The notes under the pieces are model-generated. The model saw only the letters and a program-made list of their open reading frames with translations, made no database searches and was not told the DNA's origin. The position numbers and the translations under genes are program-made. Positions 45,518 to 54,275 of a stretch of DNA of 64,000 nucleotides are shown here, in pieces (positions within the stretch are counted from its first letter, which is position 1; every line of letters starts with the position of its first letter). Origin of the DNA: Candidatus Falkowbacteria bacterium (GTDB lineage: Bacteria; Patescibacteriota; Patescibacteriia; Patescibacteriales; UBA12075); NCBI GenBank assembly GCA_043801965.1, contig JAZDLN010000022.1, forward strand, positions 9,989 to 73,988, in the 5' to 3' direction.

Positions 45518-45550
45518 GCCCGCAATCGTTCGGCGATTGGGGGCTTTTTC
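45518..45550 (+). terminator. Intrinsic terminator
   Basis: gcccgcaatcg-ttcgg-cgattgggggc hairpin plus T-run. Confidence 0.7.
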
Positions 45551-45689
45551 GCGTTCTTCGTGTCCGCTAATTACGGCGAAAACCTGATTTTTTTTCAGTT
45601 TTTCCGCGAATGGGCGGACACTTCAGAAACAGGCGCGGGCAAGAGCCGGCGCGTTTTAAAGGATCAATAATTATATATATTTTTTTGAA

Positions 45690-45935
45690 AAACAAAAAAT
45701 GGGGGGTACCCATTTCATAATATTTATTCCTTAAATTATCCGCAGTTTTTTTAAAGGAAAACCCGCCGACTGTTTTAACGAACAAATGGGATTACCGCCC
45801 TGGTATTTTATATTTTTAAAAAAACAAAAAGAATGGGACCGGCCCATTCTACTTTACTCATTAATTTATCCGCGGGTTTTCATAAAACCCCGCCGACCGA
45901 TCAAGGAGTAAATGGGCGTTCCAAATTATATTTTT
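45690..45935. repeat. Two diverged ~125-bp direct repeats in an ORF-free spacer
   Basis: Each unit has an A-rich lead, an ATGGG/CCCAT hairpin (atggg-gggta-cccat; gaatggg-accgg-cccattc), ttatccgc.g.tttt...aaaacccgccgac, and aaatggg...tatattttt. Confidence 0.5.
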
Positions 45936-46000
45936 ACAAATATTTTTTTTAATATTATAATTATACACTTTTAAAAAAATTACTCAAGTGGATAAATAAA

Positions 46001-46027
46001 AACCCGCCGATTTTTGGCGGGGCTTGG
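46001..46027 (-). terminator. Intrinsic terminator for 46044 gene
   Basis: On the minus strand, a cccgcc-aaaaatc-ggcggg hairpin followed by T5. Confidence 0.7.
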
Positions 46028-46043
46028 TGTTTCATAAGTGTCT

Positions 46044-46544
46044 TCAGTTTTTCATGGAAAATGACAAATCGTGGTATTTTTTGGCGAGAGCGATGGCAAG
46101 GTCGCCTATTCCTTTAAGACTATTCCGGAGGATAAAAAATATTCCGTCAACCACTTCCTCGGGATTATCGCTGTTCACTTTAAAATAACGATCAACGCCA
46201 CTATTGACTACGAGATGATCATAGTCACAACGAACAAACCCGCTACCCCTGTAGAAAAAAATCGAACAACTGTATTCATCCGCTTTTACGGACAATACCT
46301 TATTGCCCTTCAAAATAATTTTAAATGACATACAGGGCAATATTTCCTCAGAGTATCTTTCGGATATAAAATACTCTATGCGGATTACTTCTATATTGGC
46401 GGCTATGCCGGTATTGTTGTGTAGCCTTTTTTTCAACGAACTAACGATTCGCGCGTCCTTTTCTTCGGTGTCTAAATATACTCCGACACCACTACCCTGT
46501 TTACGTAATCTGTGGTCAAAGACAATCTTGGGAAACTCGTACAT
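46044..46544 (-). CDS. Hypothetical protein
   Basis: 166-aa ORF with GGAGGG SD. No motif recognised. Confidence 0.55.
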   Translation of the reverse strand: MYEFPKIVFDHRLRKQGSGVGVYLDTEEKDARIVSSLKKRLHNNTGIAANIEVIRIEYFISERYSEEILPCMSFKIILKGNKVLSVKADEYSCSIFFYRGSGFVRCDYDHLVVNSGVDRYFKVNSDNPEEVVDGIFFILRNSLKGIGDLAIALAKKYHDLSFSMKN

Positions 46545-46735
46545 AAACCCTCCTTGTGTTTAGCGGTCGCGCCGCTTTTCCTTACCGACGCCTGCCCGGC
46601 ATTCGGTTAGCTCGACCTTAGCGCAAAAAATGGTTTTTGTCAATCCGGCTATATTTTTAAAAATAAAAAAGCAGGGTTCAGGCCTGCATGTGTTAATTCA
46701 GGAATTTTTTATTTTTTGTTCTTTGGCGGCATCTC

Positions 46736-46987
46736 TCAGATAGGATATTTTTGGCCGCTATATCTCGGAACCTTTACGGCCTGGCTAGCCGATTTAATGA
46801 TCGCGTTGAAATCTTCTTCTTGCATGCCTATGGATTTTGCCATGCCTTGCAGGGCAGCGCTGCCGGCGGCGGCAATCGATACCAGCTGTTCCATCGTGCG
46901 GATAGCGTATAGCTTATTTAGCTTTTCCGCCGCTTCATCCGTAAAGTAATCCTTAGTTGGCGTTGTCGCGATCAGCCGCTTTGTCAT
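46736..46987 (-). CDS. Hypothetical small protein (83 aa)
   Basis: Start at MTKRLIATT with GGGGAGGA SD. No motif recognised. Confidence 0.55.
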   Translation of the reverse strand: MTKRLIATTPTKDYFTDEAAEKLNKLYAIRTMEQLVSIAAAGSAALQGMAKSIGMQEEDFNAIIKSASQAVKVPRYSGQKYPI

Positions 46988-47099
46988 TATTATCCTCCCC
47001 GGATTTTTTGTATTCAACCACTAATTAAGCTTCTTCCTAAATTAATTTATATAAATCTAGCATAAATATCAAATAAAAACAAGGCCGGAGAAGAAAAAT

Positions 47100-47867
47100 T
47101 CAATATTTAACGCAAGTTTTTTTATCGTTTATGTTAAGGCTGTTTTTTAAACCGGTCAGGCGGAACCTAAGCTTGATAAGATTAAAAAGCGCGTTTAAGC
47201 TGTCGGTAGTCAGATTTACTTTGCTTTTTCTTTTATCATACCGGTTTTCCGACCAGATAACCGGAATTTCCGCGATCCGGTAGTTGAACAGCTTGGCGAG
47301 AAGTATGGCCTCGGTGTCGAACCACCAGCCCTTGTTCGCGATATAGGGAGCAAGCGCCGCGAAGGCGGTCCGCCTGACCGCTTTAAAGCCGCACTGCAGA
47401 TCGGAAAAATTATGCCGATGGATCAGGCGCGAAATTATAAGATGGCTCTGGGAAACGAGTTCGCGGATAAAAGATCTTTCGATGCTCGCGTTAGATAAGA
47501 GGCGGGAGCCGATGACTAAATCGGCCCGGTCAACCAGGATCGGCTCCACCAGATCATTTATATTCTTAAGATCGACCGCCAGATCGACATCCATGTAAGA
47601 AACTATATCCGCCCGGCTTTTGAGCCAGGAACTCCTGATCGCTCCGCCCCGGCCGGCCGCCGGATAATATTCCGCCCTGATCCTCTCCGGATACCGGGCC
47701 GCCAGGCGTTCGCTTATGACCCGGGAGCCGTCGGTGGAACCGTTCACGACGATAGCGATCGTCCAGTCGAAACCGAAATTTTTCCGGCAATAATCGTGGA
47801 GGAAGGTAATATTTTTTTCGAGGATCCTTTCCTCGTTATATACCGGAATGTGGAATTCGATGTTCAT
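47100..47867 (-). CDS. GT2 glycosyltransferase, polyprenyl-phosphate sugar synthase-like (Dpm1/GtrB-type)
   Basis: 255 aa. IPVYNEE, VNGSTDGS and DVDLAVD (DxD) motifs. 4-nt overlap with the upstream methyltransferase. Confidence 0.85.
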   Translation of the reverse strand: MNIEFHIPVYNEERILEKNITFLHDYCRKNFGFDWTIAIVVNGSTDGSRVISERLAARYPERIRAEYYPAAGRGGAIRSSWLKSRADIVSYMDVDLAVDLKNINDLVEPILVDRADLVIGSRLLSNASIERSFIRELVSQSHLIISRLIHRHNFSDLQCGFKAVRRTAFAALAPYIANKGWWFDTEAILLAKLFNYRIAEIPVIWSENRYDKRKSKVNLTTDSLNALFNLIKLRFRLTGLKNSLNINDKKTCVKY

Positions 47868-48589
47868 ATTTTTTTTCTGGCCGCCCCGTAAATACTTAAT
47901 CCGAAAGGGATATTTCGGCCGATAAAATTATTCTCTAAATTCAAAACAAAGAATAATAAGCGGTTAAGCGTCCGGGGCAGGGGCCGCGCGTCCGTTTTCG
48001 GAGCGAAGCCGGAGGCCTTTTTCGCCAACCGGTAAACTATGACCGGCGGCAGAAGCAGGGAGTTCCAATAACTTATGAGCGGTATTTCAAAACCGGCCTC
48101 ACTAAGCATTTTTTTTACCCCGCCTCGGGCGTATCTTCTTTTGTGTCCGGTAACAAGGTCGTGTCCGCTCCATAAAAAGCCGTAAGCCGGGACTGTAAAA
48201 AATAAATAGCCGCCGGGCGGCAAGGCGCGATAAATTTTTTTCAGGGCGGCGCGGTCATCGCGCAAATGCTCTAGGATATCGAAACAGCAGACGTAGTCGT
48301 AAATATTTTTTTCCGGTTCGATCTCTTCTATGTCGCCGAGCACGGTTCTTATTCCCGATCGACCCGAAAGAGCGACCGTTTCCGGGTCTTTGTCCAGGGC
48401 GGTTAACCGTCCGTATTTTTTTAAAATTACGGCTTCAGTGCCAAGTCCCGCCCCGATATTTAGTATTTCGCGCCCGCCACCCTCTTTAAGGTAAAGCCCT
48501 AAAAGCCGATCGATCATGATCTTTCTGGCTTGATACCAAAAGTGCTGCTCGTCGGAATTTTTAAGCGAATTATAATCTGATATATTCAT
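47864..48589 (-). CDS. Class I SAM-dependent methyltransferase
   Basis: 241 aa. ILNIGAGLG motif I, DYVCCFDILEH, PGGYLFF. Confidence 0.85.
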   Translation of the reverse strand: MNISDYNSLKNSDEQHFWYQARKIMIDRLLGLYLKEGGGREILNIGAGLGTEAVILKKYGRLTALDKDPETVALSGRSGIRTVLGDIEEIEPEKNIYDYVCCFDILEHLRDDRAALKKIYRALPPGGYLFFTVPAYGFLWSGHDLVTGHKRRYARGGVKKMLSEAGFEIPLISYWNSLLLPPVIVYRLAKKASGFAPKTDARPLPRTLNRLLFFVLNLENNFIGRNIPFGLSIYGAARKKI

Positions 48590-48604
48590 AAAAACAATGG
48601 ATTT

Positions 48605-50224
48605 TTATTTTTCCGCGAATACCTCGCTGACGTTATCGCGGTAAACCAATTCCCAGTTGGCCGAGCCTCTAAGGTATTCGCGCAGATATCTTTTTTGGTT
48701 GTTGATCTCGTCCTCGTCCAACCCCAGGAATTTTTTTTCGAACCAGTTGAGATCGATATCGGGATAGAGTTTGAGCAAGACCAGGCTTATGTCGTGCTTA
48801 TCAAGTTCGTCCTTGGCTTTTCCCGCGAGGAAAAAATCCGTGTATTCCTCAAGAAGACTGTGCCCGTCGAACTCGTAAAAAGGCAATCGTCCATCTATGA
48901 AAAGTTTTTTTCCGGGCCAGGTCCAGATCATGTACCCGCCCCAGCCGTAATCGTTTAAGATCTTCCTGTCTCTAAGATCAGGATTGTTTTTCATGTACTG
49001 CACCGCTTTGCAAGGATAGTAGCGGCAGAAATAAGGGGAGAAAAAGGGGTCGGGGGCGTATTGGGCCCTGGTCAGGAAATTCGCGGCGGCGAGAAGAAAA
49101 ATCGGCAGAACGAATATTTTTAAGACCGTATTTTCCGAAATATATTTCGCGAAATTCTCCGGCAGACGCAGGTCGCGGACCAGGGAAAAAATAAGCCAGG
49201 GGAAAGAAACCGTGAAAAACAACGGAAAGTGGCGCTTTGATTGCGCGGCCATAAACAAAAGGACGAGAATCATGCCCAGGTGCCAGCCGTCAACGGTTGC
49301 AACTTCTTTTTTTCTTAAACTCCGCGCCAGATCGGCCGTAAACACGGTTAACATGGCCACGACCAGGGCCGCGTAAATTAATTGTTTATACTGGATCGGC
49401 ATGGAGTATGAGGGCAGCCATTCCGCGATTACCCGCAGATAGTAATTGTTGGAATAATCCAAAAGGAAGGAATATAGTTTTAATCCATACGGATTTATGA
49501 GGGTGGCCCCGATCGCTCCCAGGGCAAAGAGCAGGAATTTAGCTAATTCCCCGCTTTTCCGCTCGTTTACGAAGTTTATCCGGGCAAAAGCCCGGAATTT
49601 TTTAAGAATAATTTCCAGCGATTTTATCCCCAGCCACAGGGCTAGCATAAAAATACCGATTAAAAATCCGGCATGAACGTTTGCCCAAAAACAGAAAAGC
49701 GGCCATAACCAGAAAAGAACCCTGGTGTTTTTAGTTATTTCATAATTCCGAATTATAAAAAGCAAAAGCGATAAATTAAGCAAAGTTACGGTCTGCATCC
49801 TAACCCCCAGGTGCGGCGCCATGGCTAAAACTCCGAAAAATTGTATAGTTCCTATTAAAATCTGACCGCCGGGTCCGCGGATAAAATATTTTCTGGTATA
49901 AATGTTAAGGATTATCAGAGCTAAAACCACGATCAGGGCAAAAAATATATTTACGCTAAAATAACCATAATTATCATATAGCCAATAAGTTACGACGTTA
50001 AGCAGCCATTCATGATCAACCCAGGTCCTATCCGCGAGTGTGTAATCATAAAGTTCCTCAACGGGGACGGATCTTTCTTCTAATACGCGTTTTCCCACGT
50101 CCAGGTGCCAGCCCAGATCAGCGTCAAGATAATTATAGGAATTAAATATCAAATAGGAAAAAATAACCAGATAAAACAATAACCAAAGCAGGTGGGAGTA
50201 ATTTATTTTTTTTATGGTAAGCAT
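48605..50224 (-). CDS. Large polytopic membrane protein, GT-C-like glycosyltransferase candidate
   Basis: 539 aa, at least 12 TM. Acidic DAD motif (YLDADLGWH) in the first predicted external loop and a C-terminal soluble domain. Fold assignment is an inference. Confidence 0.45.
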   Translation of the reverse strand: MLTIKKINYSHLLWLLFYLVIFSYLIFNSYNYLDADLGWHLDVGKRVLEERSVPVEELYDYTLADRTWVDHEWLLNVVTYWLYDNYGYFSVNIFFALIVVLALIILNIYTRKYFIRGPGGQILIGTIQFFGVLAMAPHLGVRMQTVTLLNLSLLLFIIRNYEITKNTRVLFWLWPLFCFWANVHAGFLIGIFMLALWLGIKSLEIILKKFRAFARINFVNERKSGELAKFLLFALGAIGATLINPYGLKLYSFLLDYSNNYYLRVIAEWLPSYSMPIQYKQLIYAALVVAMLTVFTADLARSLRKKEVATVDGWHLGMILVLLFMAAQSKRHFPLFFTVSFPWLIFSLVRDLRLPENFAKYISENTVLKIFVLPIFLLAAANFLTRAQYAPDPFFSPYFCRYYPCKAVQYMKNNPDLRDRKILNDYGWGGYMIWTWPGKKLFIDGRLPFYEFDGHSLLEEYTDFFLAGKAKDELDKHDISLVLLKLYPDIDLNWFEKKFLGLDEDEINNQKRYLREYLRGSANWELVYRDNVSEVFAEK

Positions 50225-50312
50225 TAAAATATTGTTATAGTGGGTTTATATTTACAATTTTAGCATAATTTATAAAAATTTTCCTTATTTATTTATATTA
50301 TTAAATAATAAG

Positions 50313-50342
50313 TTGCAAAAGCATGATAAAATATGTTAAAAT
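50313..50342 (+). promoter_or_regulatory. Promoter candidate for the pilin array
   Basis: TTGCAA (50313-50318), 18-nt spacer, TAAAAT (50337-50342). A perfect TATAAT also occurs at 50355-50360. Confidence 0.3.
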
Positions 50343-50391
50343 AAAGTTAAGGTTTATAATATATTTTTAAAGGAAAGGGGGTGGGAAATAT

Positions 50392-50793
50392 ATGAAAAAA
50401 ATATTATTCGTCTTAATTCCGATGATATTGGTTTTGTTGCCGGTTTTTTCTTTTGTCTTGACCGCCCACGCTCAATCCGAGGCTGACGTTATGCTTTGGG
50501 GCGGATTAGAGGGAGACGTCCAGGCCACTACCGGTTTAGGCAATACCGATCCGCGGGAAATGGCGGCCCGGGTGGTCAATATCATGTTGGGCTTTATCGG
50601 CATTATCGCCGTTATTATTATTTTATTGGGCGGATTCAAATGGATGACGGCCGCCGGCAACGAGGAGAAGGTGGATGAGGCTAAAAAACTCATCGGCTCC
50701 GGGGTGATCGGTTTGATAATATTATTGGCCGCTTTTGCGCTGGCCCAATTTATCCTGAACGCTCTTTACGGAGCTACCGGAGCTATCGGATAA
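50392..50793 (+). CDS. VirB2/TrbC-like pilin paralogue 1 (major-type)
   Basis: 133 aa. Signal peptide ...LTAHA/QS, GLGNTDPRE, GGFKWMTAAGNEEKVDEAKK between two TM helices. GGGGGTG SD. Confidence 0.8.
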   Translation: MKKILFVLIPMILVLLPVFSFVLTAHAQSEADVMLWGGLEGDVQATTGLGNTDPREMAARVVNIMLGFIGIIAVIIILLGGFKWMTAAGNEEKVDEAKKLIGSGVIGLIILLAAFALAQFILNALYGATGAIG

Positions 50794-50885
50794 TTTTAAA
50801 AGTGATATATATTTGACGAGGGAAAACCGGAAAAAAGCACCAGAAATCGGATATTTTTCCCAAGTCCATAGAAAGGGGGTGAAAT

Positions 50886-51287
50886 ATGAAAAAAATAATG
50901 TTCGTTTTAGCGATTTTTACTTTAACGGTATTACCGATCTTTTCTTTTTGTTTGACCGCTCACGCCCAGTCGGACGCCGACAATATGCTTTGGGGCAATT
51001 ATGAAACCAACGTCCAGGCAGCGACCGGATTAGGAAACACCGACCCCCGGCAGATGGCCGCTCAAGTCGTTAATATCATGTTGGGATTTTTGGGCATAAT
51101 AGCCGTAGTGATCATATTGTTGGGCGGATTCAAATGGATGACGGCCGCCGGAGACGAGGCGAAAGTTGATGAAGCCAAGAAATTGATCGGTGCCGGCGTT
51201 ATCGGCTTGGTCGTGATCTTAGCCGCGTTCGGAGTCGCCCAATTTGTTATCAACGCCTTATACGGAGCCACTGGCGCTACCGGTTAG
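50886..51287 (+). CDS. VirB2/TrbC-like pilin paralogue 2 (major-type)
   Basis: 133 aa, near-identical architecture to paralogue 1. GGGGGTG SD. Confidence 0.8.
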   Translation: MKKIMFVLAIFTLTVLPIFSFCLTAHAQSDADNMLWGNYETNVQAATGLGNTDPRQMAAQVVNIMLGFLGIIAVVIILLGGFKWMTAAGDEAKVDEAKKLIGAGVIGLVVILAAFGVAQFVINALYGATGATG

Positions 51288-51330
51288 TATTATATAATTA
51301 CCTGCTACAGCCTTTGATAAATCAGCGGAT

Positions 51331-51395
51331 GTCCGATTTAAAAAGCGGACTCCGCCGCCATAAACACGAAAGATGCATCGCGTTTATGGCGGCGG
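51331..51395 (+). promoter_or_regulatory. Conserved double RNA hairpin between pilin genes 2 and 3
   Basis: gtccg...cggac (51331-51350) and ccgccgccataaacacg-N10-cgcgtttatggcggcgg (51352-51395). No T-run. Confidence 0.55.
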
Positions 51396-51481
51396 AAACA
51401 AAAAGGAATTAGCGGTTTCTGTTTAAGGTTATAGTTAGCATTGATTTTATTTTTTATTATTCAATAGATTGGGGGTGAAAT

Positions 51482-51883
51482 ATGAAAAAAACTTTTTTCG
51501 TTTTAGCTTTATCCGTTTTGGTGATTTTGCCGGTTTTCGCTTTCGGTCTGACCGCTCACGCGCAAACAGCCGCCGACAACATGCTTTGGGGGGGCTTTGA
51601 GGGTAACGTACAGACCGCTACCGGTTTGGGTAATACCGACCCCAGAGAGATGGCTGGACAGGTGGTCAATATACTCTTAGGATTTTTAGGTATTATAGCG
51701 GTTGTGATCATACTTTTAGGCGGATTCAAGTGGATGACCGCGGCGGGAGACGAGGGCAAGGTTGATGAGGCCAAGAAGCTTATCGGCGCCGGTATTATCG
51801 GCCTGGTCGTTATTTTAGCGGCCTTCGCTATCGCCCAGTTCGTGATCAGCGCTTTGTACAACGCCACGAACGCCACCGGTTAA
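51482..51883 (+). CDS. VirB2/TrbC-like pilin paralogue 3 (major-type)
   Basis: 133 aa. C-terminus ALYNATNATG. GGGGGTG SD. Confidence 0.8.
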   Translation: MKKTFFVLALSVLVILPVFAFGLTAHAQTAADNMLWGGFEGNVQTATGLGNTDPREMAGQVVNILLGFLGIIAVVIILLGGFKWMTAAGDEGKVDEAKKLIGAGIIGLVVILAAFAIAQFVISALYNATNATG

Positions 51884-51909
51884 ATATTTATGTTATTCGA
51901 TCAGCGGGC

Positions 51910-51968
51910 GTCCGCTTTAAAGCGGACTCCGCCGCCATGAACACGATAATTCGCGTTTATGGCCGCAG
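51910..51968 (+). promoter_or_regulatory. Conserved double RNA hairpin between pilin genes 3 and 4
   Basis: Perfect palindrome gtccgctttaaagcggac (51910-51927) and ccgccgccatgaacacg...cgcgtttatggccgcag (51929-51968). Confidence 0.55.
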
Positions 51969-52031
51969 AAAGACCGTTAATCGGAGAGGTTAGTTTCTAA
52001 TTAATTGTTAATAAATAGATAGGGGGTGAAT

Positions 52032-52433
52032 ATGAAAAAAACATTTTTCGTTTTAGCGCTTTCAGCTCTGGTTATATTGCCGGTTTTCGCTTTCGGTCTG
52101 ACCGCTAACGCGCAATCAGCCGCCGACAACATGCTTTGGGGCGGTTTTGAATCTAACGTTCAGACGGCAACGGGTTTGGGGAATACCGACCCTAGGGAAA
52201 TGGCCGGTTCGGTAATTAATATATTTTTGGGATTCTTGGGTATCATTGCCGTATTATTGATCCTGTTCGGCGGTTTTAAATGGATGACGGCCGCCGGAGA
52301 CGAGGGCAAGGTTGACGAGGCTAAAAAGCTGATTGCCGCCGGTATTATCGGTTTGGTCGTTATTTTAGCGGCCTTCGCTATCGCCCAGTTCGTGATCAAC
52401 GCTTTGTACAACGCTACGAACGCCACGGGTTAA
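52032..52433 (+). CDS. VirB2/TrbC-like pilin paralogue 4 (major-type)
   Basis: ATG 52032 (MKKTFF) chosen by analogy with the paralogues and the GGGGGTG SD. Shares a 44-nt identical 3' stretch with paralogue 3. Confidence 0.8.
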   Translation: MKKTFFVLALSALVILPVFAFGLTANAQSAADNMLWGGFESNVQTATGLGNTDPREMAGSVINIFLGFLGIIAVLLILFGGFKWMTAAGDEGKVDEAKKLIAAGIIGLVVILAAFAIAQFVINALYNATNATG

Positions 52434-52475
52434 TCGTCTTTAGCAAAGATCTTTTACGTTTTTTTATACGTGGAT

Positions 52476-52545
52476 ACCCGGTTTTTCTAATCGGGTTCCA
52501 CTGTTATGGGCGTGAAGCAGATTCGCGTTCATGCCCGTAACAGTG
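52476..52545 (+). promoter_or_regulatory. Conserved double RNA hairpin between pilin genes 4 and 5
   Basis: acccg...cgggt (52476-52496) and cactgttatgggcgtgaa...ttcgcgttcatgcccgtaacagtg (52499-52545). The two imperfect positions are G-U wobbles only on the plus-strand RNA. Confidence 0.55.
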
Positions 52546-52566
52546 TTCTAATCATATAGATAATTT

Positions 52567-52953
52567 ATGTTTTCCGTTAAATCCCATTTTGTCGTATTTA
52601 TACTCTTAAGCCTGGTTTTCCTGGCGTTTATCCAGACGGTTTCCGCGGACGGAGGGAAAGAAGCCTTGGATGGCCTTAATATAACCGCCAAAGAAGGCTA
52701 CGGCACAGTACCGCGCGGTACGGTTTCGGCTACCATAGGCAAAATCGTCGGTTCGATACTTGCATTTACCGGTATTATCTTTTTTCTTTTAGTGATTTAC
52801 GGCGGTTTTACCTGGATGATGGCCAGGGGCAACGAGCAGGAAGTCGCAAAAGCGAAGAGTCTGATCGAACAGGCGGCCATTGGTCTTATTATAGTTTTAG
52901 CGGCTTACGCGCTTACCGCTTTTATAGGCCGGGCGCTAACCTCCCCGACCTAA
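52567..52953 (+). CDS. VirB2/TrbC-like pilin paralogue 5 (divergent)
   Basis: 128 aa. GGFTWMMARGNEQEVAKAK core. Unrelated mature N-terminus. No SD. Confidence 0.7.
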   Translation: MFSVKSHFVVFILLSLVFLAFIQTVSADGGKEALDGLNITAKEGYGTVPRGTVSATIGKIVGSILAFTGIIFFLLVIYGGFTWMMARGNEQEVAKAKSLIEQAAIGLIIVLAAYALTAFIGRALTSPT

Positions 52954-52987
52954 AAACGATCCGGATTTTGTCCGGCGGCAGTTTATT

Positions 52988-53392
52988 ATGAAATACGGCC
53001 AAATATTTTTTACAATATTTTTTTTCTTGTGGCTGCTGTCAGCGATTCCGGCGGTTAACGATTGTTCGGCGTATAGTTTTATGGATGAGAGCGGCATCAA
53101 GGAAACCGGACAGGCTACCGGCCATGCTTCCATAAGTCTGACCCAAAGATCCCCGGCACAGATGGTCGGAATGATAATCAAGGTTCTCTTGTCCTTTCTT
53201 GGGGTCGTTTTCCTTATAATAATGATCTACGCCGGTTATTCCTGGATGATAGCCCGGGGCAACGAGCAGGTCGCGGAAAAAGCTAAGGGCACGATCGTTA
53301 ACGCCACGATCGGCCTTATAATAATAATGCTCGCCTATGCCATAACCGTTTTTATCGGCGGGCAATTAGCCGGAAGCACCGCGGTCGGTTAG
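52988..53392 (+). CDS. VirB2/TrbC-like pilin paralogue 6 (divergent)
   Basis: 134 aa. AGYSWMIARGNEQVAEKAK core. No SD. Confidence 0.7.
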   Translation: MKYGQIFFTIFFFLWLLSAIPAVNDCSAYSFMDESGIKETGQATGHASISLTQRSPAQMVGMIIKVLLSFLGVVFLIIMIYAGYSWMIARGNEQVAEKAKGTIVNATIGLIIIMLAYAITVFIGGQLAGSTAVG

Positions 53393-53437
53393 TGATTTTT
53401 TAAAAAACCGGATATATAAAAAGCGAACGAATCACGT

Positions 53438-53845
53438 ATGATTAATCTTTTGAATATCAATAAGTTCATGATTACCGCGGTAATTTTGCTGGCGGTTTTT
53501 ATAGTTCCGTCCGCCGAAGCCGCAAATTTAGGCGATGCGTTTAAGCAACCCTTAAACGACGTGGCCGGATCAACGGGCGCCGGCTACAGAAGCGACGCGG
53601 ATCCGGCCGTACTTATAGGAAAGGTGGTCCAAGCCGCCTTATCTTTCGTGGGCGTAGTATTCCTAATATTGATGATCTATGCCGGATATACGTGGATGCT
53701 CGCCCGGGGCAACGAGCAGCAGGTGGATAAAGCCAAGAATCTGATCACGGCCGCTGTTATCGGCTTGATCATTGTCCTGGCCGCATACGCCATAAGTTAT
53801 TTCGTGTTAAGCCAGATCGGCGCGGAAACCATGCAGGAGGTTTGA
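53438..53845 (+). CDS. VirB2/TrbC-like pilin paralogue 7 (divergent)
   Basis: 135 aa. AGYTWMLARGNEQQVDKAK core. No SD. Confidence 0.7.
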   Translation: MINLLNINKFMITAVILLAVFIVPSAEAANLGDAFKQPLNDVAGSTGAGYRSDADPAVLIGKVVQAALSFVGVVFLILMIYAGYTWMLARGNEQQVDKAKNLITAAVIGLIIVLAAYAISYFVLSQIGAETMQEV

Positions 53846-53873
53846 TGTCCGAATAATATTTATACTTTGATCT

Positions 53874-54275
53874 ATGATGAATAAAATAAAAAAATATCGT
53901 CATTTGTTTTTTCTTTTTTTCTTATTGGCGGTATTGATCGTCCCCTATTTTGTTTTCGCCGCTACGCCGTTGGATAATCTTGAAAAAGTAGGAACCGAAG
54001 GCGCCGGTTACGCCCCCTATGAGGATGGAGAATATAATAATACCTTCATAACCGTGGTGGGCGTTATAATTAAGGCCTTTTTGGGCTTATTGGGCGTAAT
54101 ATTCATCGTATTGATCTTGTACGGCGGTTATAACTGGATGACCGCCGCCGGCGAAGAACAAAAAGTAACGAAAGCGAAAGACACTATCAGCCGGGCCCTT
54201 ATCGGCCTTTTGATAGTAGTCGGTTCATTCGCCATCTGGCAATTCATTTCCAACGCTATCATTTTAGAAATATGA
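53874..54275 (+). CDS. VirB2/TrbC-like pilin paralogue 8 (divergent)
   Basis: 133 aa. GGYNWMTAAGEEQKVTKAK core. No SD. Confidence 0.7.
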   Translation: MMNKIKKYRHLFFLFFLLAVLIVPYFVFAATPLDNLEKVGTEGAGYAPYEDGEYNNTFITVVGVIIKAFLGLLGVIFIVLILYGGYNWMTAAGEEQKVTKAKDTISRALIGLLIVVGSFAIWQFISNAIILEI

